DNA of 64,000 nucleotides from Eledone cirrhosa (taxonomy: Eukaryota). The notes beneath the pieces were generated by a model that ran no database searches, was not told the DNA's origin, and worked only from the letters and a program-made list of their open reading frames with translations. The DNA is taken from assembly GCA_964016885.1 (NCBI GenBank), contig OZ024740.1:262818001-262882000 (forward strand), in the 5' to 3' direction. Position 1 is the stretch's first letter; the number at the start of each line of letters is the position of its first letter. This document shows positions 37,910 through 53,019 of this stretch, piece after piece. A program made the translations under genes and the position numbers.

Positions 37910-39580
37910 AAGAAAGTGTGGTAAGGAATGTAGCTGTCAAAACGGCCGGAGCTCACCTGTCGGAGTCCTGATTCTTTTCATACATATATATATATAAGGG
38001 ATAACAAAATATCGTTATAGGTAATCCAGTTAGAGGTTCTGAAAACTCCGTATTGTGGATAGTTTTAGCGTACGGCGTTCTTTGACTCAACAAGATGTTT
38101 CCGTAGGTGGCGAGTTTGTGAGTTCTCGATAATAGTTACTGGGAAAGAAAAAATAGACTAAATAACTTTGATATCACAATGGGATCTAACGATTCAGCTT
38201 AAGTAACGGACAATGTCGGAATATATATAGCACATATCTTGCATAAGGAATTTGATAACCCACAGGGAGGAATTTATAGAGACGATACATTACTTTTAGC
38301 TAAAAACCTAAATAATCAAAACTTGGAAAGATTACGTAAACAGATTAGAACATTCTTCAATATATTAGGCCTAAACATCATTTTTGAACTCAACACTAAA
38401 AAATCTAACTTCTTAGAATTTCACGCTTATCTTCTAATCTAGAGATATTTAACGAACACGCTAACTACTACAACATAGCTTTACTTAAGGCAGGCTATAA
38501 AGAGAGGCTCAAATACATACCAGATGCAAACAATAACAACTCACTTAACAGAAATAACACTATCCACACCTATAGAAACAACAAATCCAGGACTAAACAT
38601 AGAAATTGGCAACAAGCACCACAAATAATTGAACCGAATACTAATATAGGAACCATTAGAAACTATAGAAGATGAAGAGATAGAAAATACTTATGGTTCA
38701 ATCCAATATTTAACTCCTCTATAAAAAGCAAACTACCTTCTACTTTCTTTAAATTAATTGACAAGCACTTACCTAAACTTCACGAATACCATAAAATATT
38801 TAATAGAAATACTATCAAACTATCTTACTCTATTGTCACCAACATAGAATCGCACATACATAAAATTAACTATAAAAGAATATCTAATAAAAAAAAATAG
38901 CCTGCAAACAAGCACCATAACACCAAATATAAAACACAAACACATAACCGCTATCACAACGAAACACACGCCAGAACACATCACGACAATACATCAACAA
39001 ACTTACTTCTCAGTCCATACATAACAATATACATAACCGTATCGCGGAACCGGCACATAGGAAAGCATCAAATTGTAACTGTCATTAACTGATAAACGCC
39101 CACTACAAAATAGATGCCTGGAGTCAAATATAGTGTACCTATGTACTATAAATTCAGGCAATTTAGCATGGCACTACATAGGTTCGACAGCGGGAGAGTT
39201 CAAGAAAAGATGGTATGTCCACAGACACTCTATAAATAACCGTAAACATATGAACACAACGCGCTCGCCAATAAAATCTGGCAGCTCAAAGATACAAACC
39301 TGGAATACAGAATGAGCTGGGTGAAGTTGTCATTGGCAATGGCCTATAACATTGGCATGTCCCATTGTGGACGTTGCAATATGGAGTTATTCCATATTTT
39401 AAAATATAACAAAATGCTGCTTAACAGCAAAATTGAACGAACAATTTTCTTTAGACATAAAACCGCGAGCAAATTCGATAATTTCAGACTAAGTTAATTC
39501 ATCCCATCTATTCCATAATTCAAATTTTACCACCTGAATCTATTATAATCTATTAACATTATTATTATTATTATTGTCAA

Positions 39581-39895
39581 GAGTTCAAATCACACCGAGG
39601 TTAACTTTGCCTTTCATCCTTATGGGAGTCGATAAAATAAAGTACCTGTAATGTACTAGGTAATTGCTGGCCTTGTGCCAAATGTAGAAACAATTATTAT
39701 TAGTGTCAAGGCGGTGGATTGGCAGTATCGGACGCCATGCTTTGACGCATAGAGTTACGGGCCTTGCTATTCTGAGTTCAAATCCCGCCGAGGTTAACTT
39801 TGCCTTTCATCCTTACGGGGTCGATAAAATAAAGTACCAGTAATGTACTGGGTAATTGCTGGCCTTGTGCCAAAAGTAGAAACAATTATTATTAT
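39581..39895 (+). mobile_element. Two tandem SINE copies (partial 39581..39700, full 39709..39895)
   Basis: Family body with (ATT)n tails. Confidence 0.9.
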
Positions 39896-40492
39896 TGTCA
39901 TCAACTCTCAATGAACCAACATCATAACCTCTTATATTTTCTCTCTTTCATTTTCTATCTTACTATTTCTTTCCCTAAATTTATTTCATCTCTTACATTA
40001 TATCTTGTATTATTTTCACTTCTAATATAACTTACAAATAATTAATTGATTAATTATTTAATTAATTTATTAATGTAACTAATATATATATATGAATATA
40101 TTTAACATTTTCATGTTTATACCATCATATCTCTATATTTTAACCACCAACTACTCTCAATAATCATACTGTTTACTTTTCTTCGCACACATATTACATT
40201 TTTTAATTTATTTTTTATATTTTGTATTATTTTTTATCATCTTCGTTATAACTTATTTATTAACATTTATTCACTTATTATTATTATCTTTATTATTTTT
40301 TCTCTCTATTTTTCTTTTCTTTATCTTTTATCTTTTTTCTTCATCATTTTCTCTTCTTTCCTTTTTCTCTCCATATTTTTTCTCTATATCTTTTTCTTTT
40401 TTTCTTTTTCTCTCTTTTTTTCTCTCTCTTTCTTTATTAATTATTTTGTAATTTGAATTCGTAAACGCTGTGTATATTTTTAATAGTCCTTT

Positions 40493-40590
40493 CGGATGAT
40501 CTTGTTAAGCTAACATCGTATTTAAAATTGAGTGGCACTGCTTCAAGCTTCAAGTGTTCAGCAATTTTTAGACAAGTGAAACAATTGTTA
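40493..40590 (+). ncRNA. Decayed hammerhead with a 78-nt helix II
   Basis: CGGATGA t-cttgt...acaag-t GAAA CAATTG TT, followed by AATAAA; lies in the PLE 3' region. Confidence 0.5.
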
Positions 40591-40654
40591 ATACTTTAAA
40601 TAAAACCCTTTTGACCACGTTATTCTTCACACTCTTTCTATATATATATATATA

Positions 40655-42400
40655 TAATATTAAAGTATCGAGTGAGAGAAGAAGAGATAGGCGATTCATG
40701 TTGTTATTTGCCAATAGCATATGCAAAAGGTGCTCAATACTTATGCCTGCAGTGTTAAATATTAGAAGTGTTAATATCTAGTGGGCGATAAAAACAGCGG
40801 AGCGGATACACGTGGAGAGTATATAAAGGAGAATAAACCGTTAAAACATATTTATTTAAAACAGAACCTACGTACGTTTCGCCTAAATGGGCTTCTCAAG
40901 GGCATTAAAAACTAAAAAGCGTTCCTTACATGATCCAGAATGGAGTTTTAGAAATAAGTTCACATCCCAGTTCATTCTTCGTACAAACCATGTATTGATT
41001 TTGCAGTAGGTAAAGGGAGATAATTCTAGCCGGTGTTGGAGCAGTGCTCCCCAGGCAAATTTTACTCGTTATTACTTTGTGGTTACTGCTTTACCATTGT
41101 CGATTCGTGCAGGGTCAGAGGTGTAAAGTTAGTTTCCCGATTGTTTTTTCTGCGCCTACTCGCCGGGGTCGATTCATGCCGGTTCTGGTATACATGGTTG
41201 GTTTCCGGATGTTTTATGCAGCTCCTGCCCGCTGGGGTGTTAAGGTCTGTTGCAGGGTAACCCGGTTTACGGTTTTCACTCCTCATTCTTATTTCATCTG
41301 GAGTAAGAGACATTTAACCGGTGCGTACAGTTTATCGTCATTTTTGCCCTGCTGTTGATGAGCTCGTGGGGTGCCGTTATGATATGGTAAACCTCCATGA
41401 GGCAAAGCCCGCACTTTCTCTTGAAATTGTACGGTGCTATTCTGCCGACAATTTCCCAGTGCGTGGAGAAGCTGATGTTTGAGTCTTTTAATACTGTGAT
41501 GTAATTCGCGAGCGAGGAGGAGTATCTTAGTTTCTTATTTGCGAAAGAGTGGAGATGTCATTGGTACCATTATAACCCACTGTGTGCGGAGTAGTACCAT
41601 TATCATTCCGCACGCCGCAGCGCCTTCTGTTGTCGTCGCGTGACCCGTACGGGTCATCTGCATATTCCCCAGTCATGTCGCGGTTATGTTGGTTGCGTCT
41701 GTAGTGGCTGTTGCCAGCACTATTGGGTGCTGCTAGGGAGTCGCTAAGGCCGATATAGTTGTTGTCAGGTGTAGGTGTATCGGTGCTAAGGTGGTGTGTT
41801 TTGGCGATTTTACTGTGATTAGTTGTTCCTATGATGTCTGCTAGGTTGGGAGTAGTAGAGAAGGATATTTTTATATTGTTCCTATTAAGGATTTTCCTAT
41901 ACTTTTGGTTGGGTGGGAGGTTCTTCTCTAAGGCTTTGAAGAATATCCGGGGTATATCGGAGGCCACACTCCGAGAGTAGGGGGGTGGGGGGTGGGGGAA
42001 CCATAGGACGTTACGGTGGCCATTGCGTGTCTTTGTAGGTTTGCTAAGGATTGTGCTATCGGGGTGACCGTTCTTATGCATGTTATTGTGCTGCAGCCCG
42101 TTACGTGTCCCTTTCGTTTTATGTTCGGGTGCACTCGGCTTCCTTCTGCTACGTTTATGTATGTGAAGAAGCTGATTGGAAGGCGTTGGTAGTAGGCCAT
42201 CGCCTTTGTTGATCCTATAGTAGGGGAATAATTCTACCAGGCTACAGTGCTCACTGTCACCGGGGTCGTGATCCTTATTGTGTGATAAGCTACCAATACC
42301 ATCGCTTGTGTAATTGACATTGCGGCCGTGTTCTTTAGTGCGATTCTCTATACTATTATTTCCGACCCTCTCAAAGCCGCCGCGTATTCTGTTATAGGTA
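40655..42400 (-). mobile_element. Penelope-like element remnant
   Basis: RNVLWF...PPYS...KILNRNNIKISFS (41527..42081) and a GIY-YIG C-terminus (SLANYI..LKD...WEI...APYN...CGLCLME...LINSR) at about 41345..41525. Confidence 0.8.
40865..40904 (-). ncRNA. Minimal hammerhead, U3-A8 core
   Basis: cc TTGAGAA GCC cattta GGC GAAA CGTACG TA gg; palindromic helix III, short helix I. Confidence 0.55.
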
Positions 42401-42594
42401 TATATATATATATATGAGTGTGTATATGAAGGTATTCTTGTTTGTTATGTCTGCATATTTTCCTTTGTTCTGTATTGATATATGTTTTCAGCAGTTCATT
42501 AAATTCATGTGTTCGAATTGTTTCCTATTGTATTTAATTACATATACATCCAAACACACACACTTACACACACACTTACACACAAACACACACA

Positions 42595-42687
<93 letters not shown>

Positions 42688-43163
42688 ACACATAAATATA
42701 TACATACACTCACACTATCATATATGCATATTTAGATGTATTCACACACAGTTTTTCGTCTATAGGGTTATTTTTCTCTATTGAAAATCAATGGTCAAAG
42801 AAAAGTTGTTCCACATCACAGCACATGAAGTGATAGTGCTAAACTCTTCATCCCATCCCTTCTCTTCTACTTCACTTATTATATTTCATTTTTTTAAATC
42901 ATTTATTTTATTAACGATTTATTTTTTTGTATTCAAAACCTAAACGCCATTTATATATCGACCAATATACAACACAAATCATTCCTGAATTCCACACCAT
43001 CCGGAAAGGATACTACAACAGGTAACTGTGCGTTCTCTAAAGGCGTCGGAAAAATAATTAAGAATTGCACAGAAGTAAGGCACCGAAACATATGTTAAGA
43101 CCAATTAATTCTTCTACTATTTCGTCTCGCCGAAGTCTACATTCTTTCATGGTACTACACTTG

Positions 43164-43198
<35 letters not shown>

Positions 43199-44588
43199 AA
43201 GAAAAAAAAAACAGTAGAAAATGCTAAAGGGATTTTCTCTCAGAATAACAGAAAAACATTTATTTAAAAACTAGGAATTTCCACATTATTCTTACTGGTT
43301 TCAGATTATGGGCTTCTTCATGCGATGGAAGTATATAATGCAATTAAATTGCATATTAATAAGAATATGGGGAAAACGAATTACATACATATATATAGGG
43401 AAAAGTTCACATACTTGTCTGCAGTTTTCTGTCTTTCTCTCTTGATGTTCACCTTAGCTGTGTCATCATTATATATAATTGCCGATGATCAGGTGCATGG
43501 TTGTTACGATGTAACCCCGTGAGGATCCGCTGGTGATGCAAAAGCACTTCGCATCAGTAGTTTATCCCAGCTAAATGCTGGTGATTAGAAGTGACGGTGT
43601 ATTCATTTATCAAATTAAGAGTAGTTAAAACGGGGTTGCTTCACAATAATTGCTTTATTACATGATATGTATTTCTGTTACATGCTTATCCATTTGATTT
43701 CATCAGATGCTCATACAATATAGGCGTAGTTATTCAATCATGGGGATAAGTCGCTATCATATATTACCATTCATATGATGACATATGAGTCTCTGAATCT
43801 TTTTGTTAGTGAATTCTAGTAGTAGATGTAACCGCCTTCTGATTGGTTGAGTTTGCAGGCTCCGAGTAAAGTTCCTATATTTAATTGTTAACAGATATAC
43901 TGTTACATCTCTGCTTGTAGTCTATTATTTCGTCTGTTGTCTGTAGTCCTCGGTATCATAATATCGTCGCTACCGTTGCTCAGTGTTCTTGCCACTAAAC
44001 ACTGACACCAGTAAAGTTAGCGAAAAGAACAGGAGAGTTTGTTAGAAGCAGAAATACAGTAATACATCAGTTAATATTGCCTAGACAAAAGGTATGAAAG
44101 TCTATGTGAATATATATATATATATTTATTAAAATAACAGATTAAAGTTTAAGCAAAGAATCGCTGCTTCCACCCTTAACGGGATCTTCTGAAACTAACA
44201 AAGTCAATCTGTGAACACAGCAGTGGATATTTCAAAAAACTTTGCAACCGGAGGAAGACAGGAAGACGATACTTTGGTTCGTGAAAACGTTCCCTGGCAA
44301 AGAACGGGAAAAAACGAATATAATACGTCATTATTTGGATTGGTGAAAAACAATATATATATAATAGACATATATATATATAAAGCAAAGGTAAAACTAT
44401 ATATAAAAAGGAGGAGAGATGTATAAAGAGGATTATATATGATAGTATATAATTGCCACGTCGTTTAAAAATTAACTCAATGTGTTAAAATTAGCTCATT
44501 GCTCTGAGATTAGACATATTCCCCGTCTTCTCTGAGGTGGAAATTTGATATATATTCGGATATATTCTGTTTCAATTTAATACTATCT

Positions 44589-44729
44589 TTAATCCTCTGA
44601 AGGTGGAGAAGTGCAAACAATATCCCTATAACATTTAATTATGTTTAGATCTTGATCATACGAATATTCACCTAACATTATTCGAATAATTTCGTGTACA
44701 ATACGCCGGAAACATATGTAAGGAATTAA
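44589..44729 (+). ncRNA. Hammerhead-like motif with a 105-nt helix II
   Basis: ttaatcct CTGAAGG tgg...ccg GAAA CATATG TA aggaattaa; 8-bp helix I with one bulge; A9 replaced by G. Confidence 0.55.
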
Positions 44730-44855
44730 AAGTGATTTAAAAGCTAACTTTTCCATCTATATATCAGATAATGTATTAACTTCTCGCTCCATTGTGGGCT
44801 TTGTGATTACCTCAAACAATCGATTAGTACCTACTATATTGCGGCTACAACTTCT

Positions 44856-45034
44856 TGGCAGTATCGGTAAAGGGTCGGACGCCATGTTGTGCAGTATAGA
44901 GGTACGCCCCTTTATGATCTGAGTTCAAATCCCGCCGAGGTTAACTTTGTCTTTCATCCTTACAGGGTCGATAATATAAAGTACCAGTAATACACTGGGA
45001 TAATGTCCGGCCTTCTGCCAAAAGTAGAAACAAT
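44856..45034 (+). mobile_element. tRNA-derived SINE
   Basis: Same family as 3672. Confidence 0.9.
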
Positions 45035-45035
45035 G

Positions 45036-45066
<31 letters not shown>

Positions 45067-45099
45067 TATATTTCATTTATATATATATATATATATTTC

Positions 45100-45131
<32 letters not shown>

Positions 45132-45134
45132 ATA

Positions 45135-45510
45135 TATTTCATTTCTGAATTTGTTTAGCAAGATTCTTTACTGAAAACGTGTGTTGAGCCCAATATTGTT
45201 ATACTTTGGGAGGGTCATGTTGCCAATAAAAAACACACGCACCAGTTGCTTCACTCTAATTTATAATAAATTAAATTATAAATTAAAAAAAATTATAAAT
45301 TTCCGGTTGGCTGGTTGTTCATATATTGTCAAAGTTCTTTCGTCACACATTCTGTGACCTCTTCAGTGACTGGGGATTCTTTTCTTTGTTTTGTGCCTCT
45401 CCTTTTTCTGTCCTACGCCATCTTGTTTTGTGTGTGTTGTGAGCTTAGTTTGCGCATGTGTTACATCCGGTGTCTGTGTGTGTTTTTATTTGTTTATTTA
45501 TTTGTTTATT
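45135..45510 (-). mobile_element. PLE terminal-repeat fragment with an HHR at 45328..45370
   Basis: Reverse complement of 54880..55225; gtca CTGAAGA G GTCACA gaatg TGTGAC GAAA GAAC TT tgac. Confidence 0.8.
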
Positions 45511-45764
45511 TACATGTTATGGTATACAGATATATAATTGTTATATATATATATATGCGTGTGTGTGTACCTGTGTGTGTATAGTCACCGTGCCAACCAT
45601 CGTGACCAAACTTGTTGTTCTCATAAAATAAGCAAATCATATTTATTTGCATTTCAATGTAAAGAATTATTAGAAAATTTACATGGAAAGCAATGCACGC
45701 GTATGATGCCAACGCATAGCGACAAACGCCTTCACTCACACAGAGTCACATATGTGTGTGTCTG

Positions 45765-45825
<61 letters not shown>

Positions 45826-46194
45826 ATGCACATTATTACATTTCCTTTGAATATATTTCATTATATATATTTTTTCTTTTATTCATATATATATATATAT
45901 ATACCATAAGATTAGCTCCGAGTTACGCCCTACTTACATTTACTTGAAAGTATGAACATAAATGGTTTAAAAGAGAAATGCTTTTAAAAGAATACAGAAG
46001 AGGGATAAATAATAGACATAAAATATCAAAATGTTAAATATGTAAATTTTCTTTAAAGAAATAAATAATGCAGTAAAAACGCATAACATAATCCTACAAG
46101 TATGTTATGAAAAGGAAATTAACTATACATATATATATATATATATGTATATAACTATACTTATATATATATATGGCACAGCACGCCATTTTTC

Positions 46195-46840
<646 letters not shown>

Positions 46841-47321
46841 ACCAGAACATTATAAAAAATAAGAATAGCCAAAGCTTTTCCCTTAAAACCTATATATTAC
46901 AATATGCTTTATTTCCCTTCGCCTTAATCATCTCTCTTTACAGTCATCGCTGCCTTATTTCATCGACATCGCCTTTGATGTTAATATCGCTACTGCCGCT
47001 TCCACGGCCGCTGGCCTCAACCATTACAGCTATCGCCAGCCCCCCATCTCATGTTATCACCACCAGAACGTCGATCATCATCATCTTAATGATGATTGTC
47101 ATTGTGATAATGTTGATAATGATAATGATAATAGCAATAGTAGTAGTAGTAGTAGTAGTAATAATCTCCATCGTTGGCGTTGTTGCCGTCCCATTCACGT
47201 TAAATATGATAGGAAAATAAACATACTAATAGAATATATAAATAGATTTTTACAACCACACACACACACACACACACATAGACATACATACACATAGACA
47301 TACACACATAAACATACACAA

Positions 47322-47376
<55 letters not shown>

Positions 47377-47515
47377 TATATATATGTATATATATATTAT
47401 ATATATATATTTATATATATATATTTACATATACATATATATATTTATATATATGCATATATATATTTATATATATATATTTACATATACATATATATAT
47501 ATATATTTATATATA

Positions 47516-47572
<57 letters not shown>

Positions 47573-49579
47573 TTATATATATATACTTATATATTCATAC
47601 ATACACTCATATATATTTATATATATAAACATATATATATATATATATATATACTACACATATATAAACACACAAACACACACACATATATATATATTTA
47701 CATATGTATGTATGTACGTATGTATATATGCATACATATATATTCTCAAAATGTATATGTACTAAATAACTGAAGGCTAAATCATATACGTTTTATCTAA
47801 GAATTTTTCCTTTTCTTACCTCTCTTCCTTCACACATATCCTTTTTATCTCCTTTCATACACACACACTTATATATATATATATATATACATGCATACAA
47901 ATCTCTATATATGTATCTTTGCAAGTTTGTGCGAGAGAGAGACTGTGACCGTTTGTTTGTATATATACCTTTCTATATATGTGTATGTGTACATTCGTGT
48001 GTTTGTGTGTGTTTCTGTGTAAATGCAGGCACCCATGTTTAGTAGATACATATCCGAGAGCTACACTAATTTTCTCCAAAGAATTGAAGCATTAATTAAT
48101 TATAAAAGGATGTTTCTAGAAAGCATCATCTGCAGTAGAAAACAATGAACTGCATCAAATGAAAAGATACGCCAGCAAATAACAAAATATCATTATAGGA
48201 ATAATTCTCTCTGCAATATCTTCTGGTCATTTTGAAAAATTTCGTTTTTCCGTCGGTAATTTCTTGGTTTGTTTGAATATGTTTGTATACGTCTATGAAT
48301 ATATGTGTTTATAAATGTGTATTTTCATGTGTATATGTATGTGTATATATCTATGAATATATTTCTTTAGAAATGTGCATCAGTGTGTATCTGTACGTGT
48401 CTATGCATGTGCCTACATATGCGTATCTTGTGTGTATGTATGTGTATATGTCTATAAATGAATGTCTCTTTAAGCATGTATCTCTGTGTTTCTATTCGTG
48501 TTTATGACCGTATATGTCTATAAGAGTGTATCTTTGTGTGCATGTACGTGTAATTGTCTATAAATTTGTATCTTTGTCTCTGTGTGTGTATATATCTATA
48601 AATGTATGTGTCAATGTATGTGGACCTATGTGTATATCTATGTGTACATATTTGTATTTGTGAGTATAAACGTGCTTTTGACTGAAGTCGTTCTCTTTTT
48701 TTTTTACATTCTTAAAACTCTTTGAAAAAATCTTTAATAGAAAACGGATGTGTTCACTGCGCATGACAAGGCAGTTTGTGGTTTGATCTCCTCCAGCAAA
48801 CAAGTTCCTTGTGGATACAAATAAAAACTCTCACTTAGATTTTCTAAATTATTTTTTGTTTGTATCATACTATTACTTTATTAGGTATTTTCCTAACCTC
48901 TCCCTTCGTTTTCAGTTCAAATAGCGTCAATGTATATTTTATTGGTTAACAGTAACATACTGATTCTATGATTCTACTTTCCTCACTACAAATTTCCGGG
49001 CTTTTCTTGATTTTAAAAAGTATATTTTATTTTTCTATCACTTATTTTACAATATTATAACAACAACAATTAGCCCTTTTGATGTTAGTGGTGTCCAGTT
49101 TGTTGCCAGCATTCGAGTTAATCTATTAAGCCATTCCTGATAATTACTTCAAACTTCAGAAATGTAAATGTGAAAGTTTGTTACTAAATGCCTCTAGTTT
49201 CTAGATTATTTAGAAATTATAGAAAGACTATTTCAATAGAAATGTGGTAATAAAGGGAGTATTAATTCTAATAAAATTGATACACAGGCAAAATTCAAAT
49301 CTACTCATTCAAACGCTTTTCAAATTACAACAGTTCGCCATGTTTCTATCAAGAAGATGACAACTAATTCTTTAACATACAAAATAATTATATTCCAGCG
49401 TGTACACCACATTAATTGAAACTGAAAATGTAACGAAAAACTAAATATATCTTTTTAACCAACAAAAAGGAGAATTTCGCCGAATATAGCAATAAAACTA
49501 TTGCGAAAACATGTACTCTCTCTTGACAAAATACTTTTACTGATATTCCGCTTCGAGAAACTTCTTCAAAGATTTTATA

Positions 49580-49690
<111 letters not shown>

Positions 49691-49972
49691 CTGTTGGTGT
49701 GTGTGTGTCGGTGTGTAAGTATAAGTATATAGTTTTAATACGTAAATTGCCTGTTAAATATAGTCAATGTAACTTCTTTCCAGTGATTTCTTTGTTGAAC
49801 TTATAAAAACATATAATTACAAAAATGGATTCATCCAGTGGATGAAGAATCAAAACACTTTTATCTGTAAAGATAGGAATAAACATACAAATATATAGCG
49901 ATGTATTTATATATGGATATCATACATACAATCACACACACGTATATCTATATATATAAGTATGTGTATGTG

Positions 49973-50059
<87 letters not shown>

Positions 50060-50113
50060 TATATGTATATTTATACATATATGCTTGTTTCTCTGTATAC
50101 ATACATACATACC

Positions 50114-50174
<61 letters not shown>

Positions 50175-50796
50175 GCGCTGCTGAGCGGGAGAGAGGGGGT
50201 GAATGAGAGATGCAAATATATATAGATAGAGAGTTAGATAAATAAAACGATAGGTAAGAACCTATTATCTATATCACTTACTTTTCGGGTGAGTTAAAAT
50301 ATTTATAGACTTCAAGAAGAGTTCTTTTCCATACCGATGGCATTACACCTGCGAGAGGGAAACAAGTTTAGAAACAGAAAATTGTGTACTCATCATGCGT
50401 TATCACAGTCAGGAGGTACATGAAGGGAAATTGCACACACAGACACAAACATACACACAAACACACACACACGTACAGACATACACACACACATTCTCAC
50501 ACACACACGCACACACAGAGAAATAGATAAACACACAGAAACAGACAAACAGTAACACACTCCCACACATGCGCGGAAACCCATACACACACTTAAAGGC
50601 ACAAACACACATAAGTATATATTTATAATATATATATATATTTGTATATATAAACACACAAAGACTCGTATATATGTAAGTGCATGTGTATCTATGTGTG
50701 CAAACATGTGATGCCTTTTGTGCATAGGAGAATATATATATGTAAATATCTATCTATTTCGATATTTATATGCGCACACATATAACACATATAAAC

Positions 50797-50841
<45 letters not shown>

Positions 50842-51138
50842 CAAGGAAAGAAAAAGACAGAGTAAATATAAATATAATGTATGTATGTAAGTATGCATGC
50901 ATGTATGCATGTATGTATGTGTGTGTGTGAGTGTGTGTGTGTGTATGTATGTATGTATGTATATATGTATGCATGTTTTCACGCATATATGTTAATATAT
51001 ATGTTTTCTAAGTGTATAGGGGTATATTAAAACGAAATGAAACATTATCTGATAAATATTTCAGTATGTATATAGTAGAGTTAAATGTTTATTTTTTTAA
51101 ATTTAGTTTTACAAAAAATGAATATATACTTACGTCGT

Positions 51139-51218
<80 letters not shown>

Positions 51219-51488
51219 ATATATACATGTATATACGAATGTATATGTACACACACACAACACACACATACATATATATATATATTTATACAAATATATA
51301 TATATGTTTATATATATGTATATTTATATATATACATATATATATATACATATATCTATACATATATATATGTATATATATGTATATATATATATACATA
51401 CATATATATATGTATACATATATATACATATATATATATATATACATATATATACATATATATACATATATTTATACATATATATATG

Positions 51489-51519
<31 letters not shown>

Positions 51520-52429
51520 GTATATATATGTTTACGTTTTTTCTTGTATGCATTTACGATCTACCTGTGGGATCTGCACTTCCATGCGTTACATTCGTCT
51601 TTCAGAAGTGAGAGCCTCTGGTATGATAGAAATCTAAGTAAAGTATGATAAGAAAACAAACTAAAACATACAGAAAACACCTGATAGATTTCAGCATTCA
51701 AAGGAATATGGAATCGATAGTGCTTATATATATATATATATGTATGTGTGTGTATATGTATGTATATATGTGTATGCAAATATCTGTTTGTTTATAGATA
51801 AATACATATCTGTGCGCACGTGTATTGAGAAATGTTATATTTTCCTTTCTTCTCTGTTTTCATTAAAAAAAGAGAAAGAAATTCTTTCGGCATGTAATAT
51901 TCCCTAAAAAGTAAAAAAAAAATCAGAAGGCTATATTGCACTGTGCTCCAGAAATTATTTTGCTTATTTCCCACCGTCTTCCTATCTTTTGATATCCACA
52001 TATATGCACACACTCACGCACTCACGCATTACACACGCTGTTGCACACAGACATGCACATACACAAGCACACACAAACACATACAAACTAACACCATTAC
52101 AGCCCATATACGTGTATATATGTATATTTATATATATATGTGTATGTTTGTGTCTGTGTGTTTGTGTGTGTGTGTCTGTGTGTCTGTAAGTGTATTTTAT
52201 ATAACTTATCAAAAAGCTTGGGTTCTATGTCAAGAATACTGAATGTACAGCATAAGCGTCAACTATAAGTGTAAATGAACGTATAAACGTAAAAAGTATA
52301 TGCAAGTGTGTATATAAACATATACGCGTGCTCATATATATGACATTTTTTATAGATTTTAGCCTGTATTGTCCAGTCCATGTATAATTTAACAACACCA
52401 TCTAACAAAGTCTTTCAAATACTATCAAA

Positions 52430-52990
52430 CTTCTGTCATGTTTCGTACACCATGGGCCATTGTAGCGGTGTTTTACTATTTGTTGGGTTATATAGGGGTG
52501 TTGGGGATTAGTCTTCAGCTTGACGTTGTATGTTATTTTACTAATATATCCAGGGACCTTTTGTATTTTATTAGATCTGTTTCTATCTTGGTGTGGATAT
52601 TGGAGAGAGGACCAGCTAAGCGAAAATACTTATGGCGTAATACTTGTTCTGGTGCGAAGAATTTGCACAGTCGTTAAACCGATGGAAAGAAATGTATTGC
52701 GGTATTCTTTCCGACACTCTGCGCTTTGAGTTAAAAAGTTAAAATTCGTCGTCGTAAAATTTGTCTTTCCTCTTTTCGAAATAGATAAACATGTACCAGT
52801 TTAAAACTGAGGTCGATTGTTCCTGTATATTTCTGTCCCACTTCCTCTATATCAAGCAATAGATGGCGCAATCTATATGTAAACACTCGAAGATAATATT
52901 TATAACGCTGAGCTCTTCACTAACTGCAAGATTGGAGGCATTAATACCTTTCTTAATGGTGAACATAAAAACTTGGATGGCAATTAATCA
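52430..52990 (-). pseudogene. Decayed 3' fragment of a CR1-group-like LINE
   Basis: Minus-strand remnant ETDLIKYKRSLD resembles the FKxxLD C-terminus of such LINEs; otherwise heavily mutated. Confidence 0.3.
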
Positions 52991-53019
52991 GGTACAAAGA
53001 CAAGTTTCGGGCTGAGGAG

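Larger units (their letters stand above)
38000..40640 (+). mobile_element. Penelope-like element remnant (RT, linker, GIY-YIG, 3' region)
   Basis: FDITMGS, GIYRDD, WFNP...FFKLIDKH...KIFNRNTIKLSYS, VYLC...YIGSTAGEFKKRW..H, CGRC; ends at (TA)n. Confidence 0.85.

Noticed and set aside
48690-48830. Unique-looking stretch as a possible host exon
   Set aside because: No recognisable protein motif or convincing splice pair.
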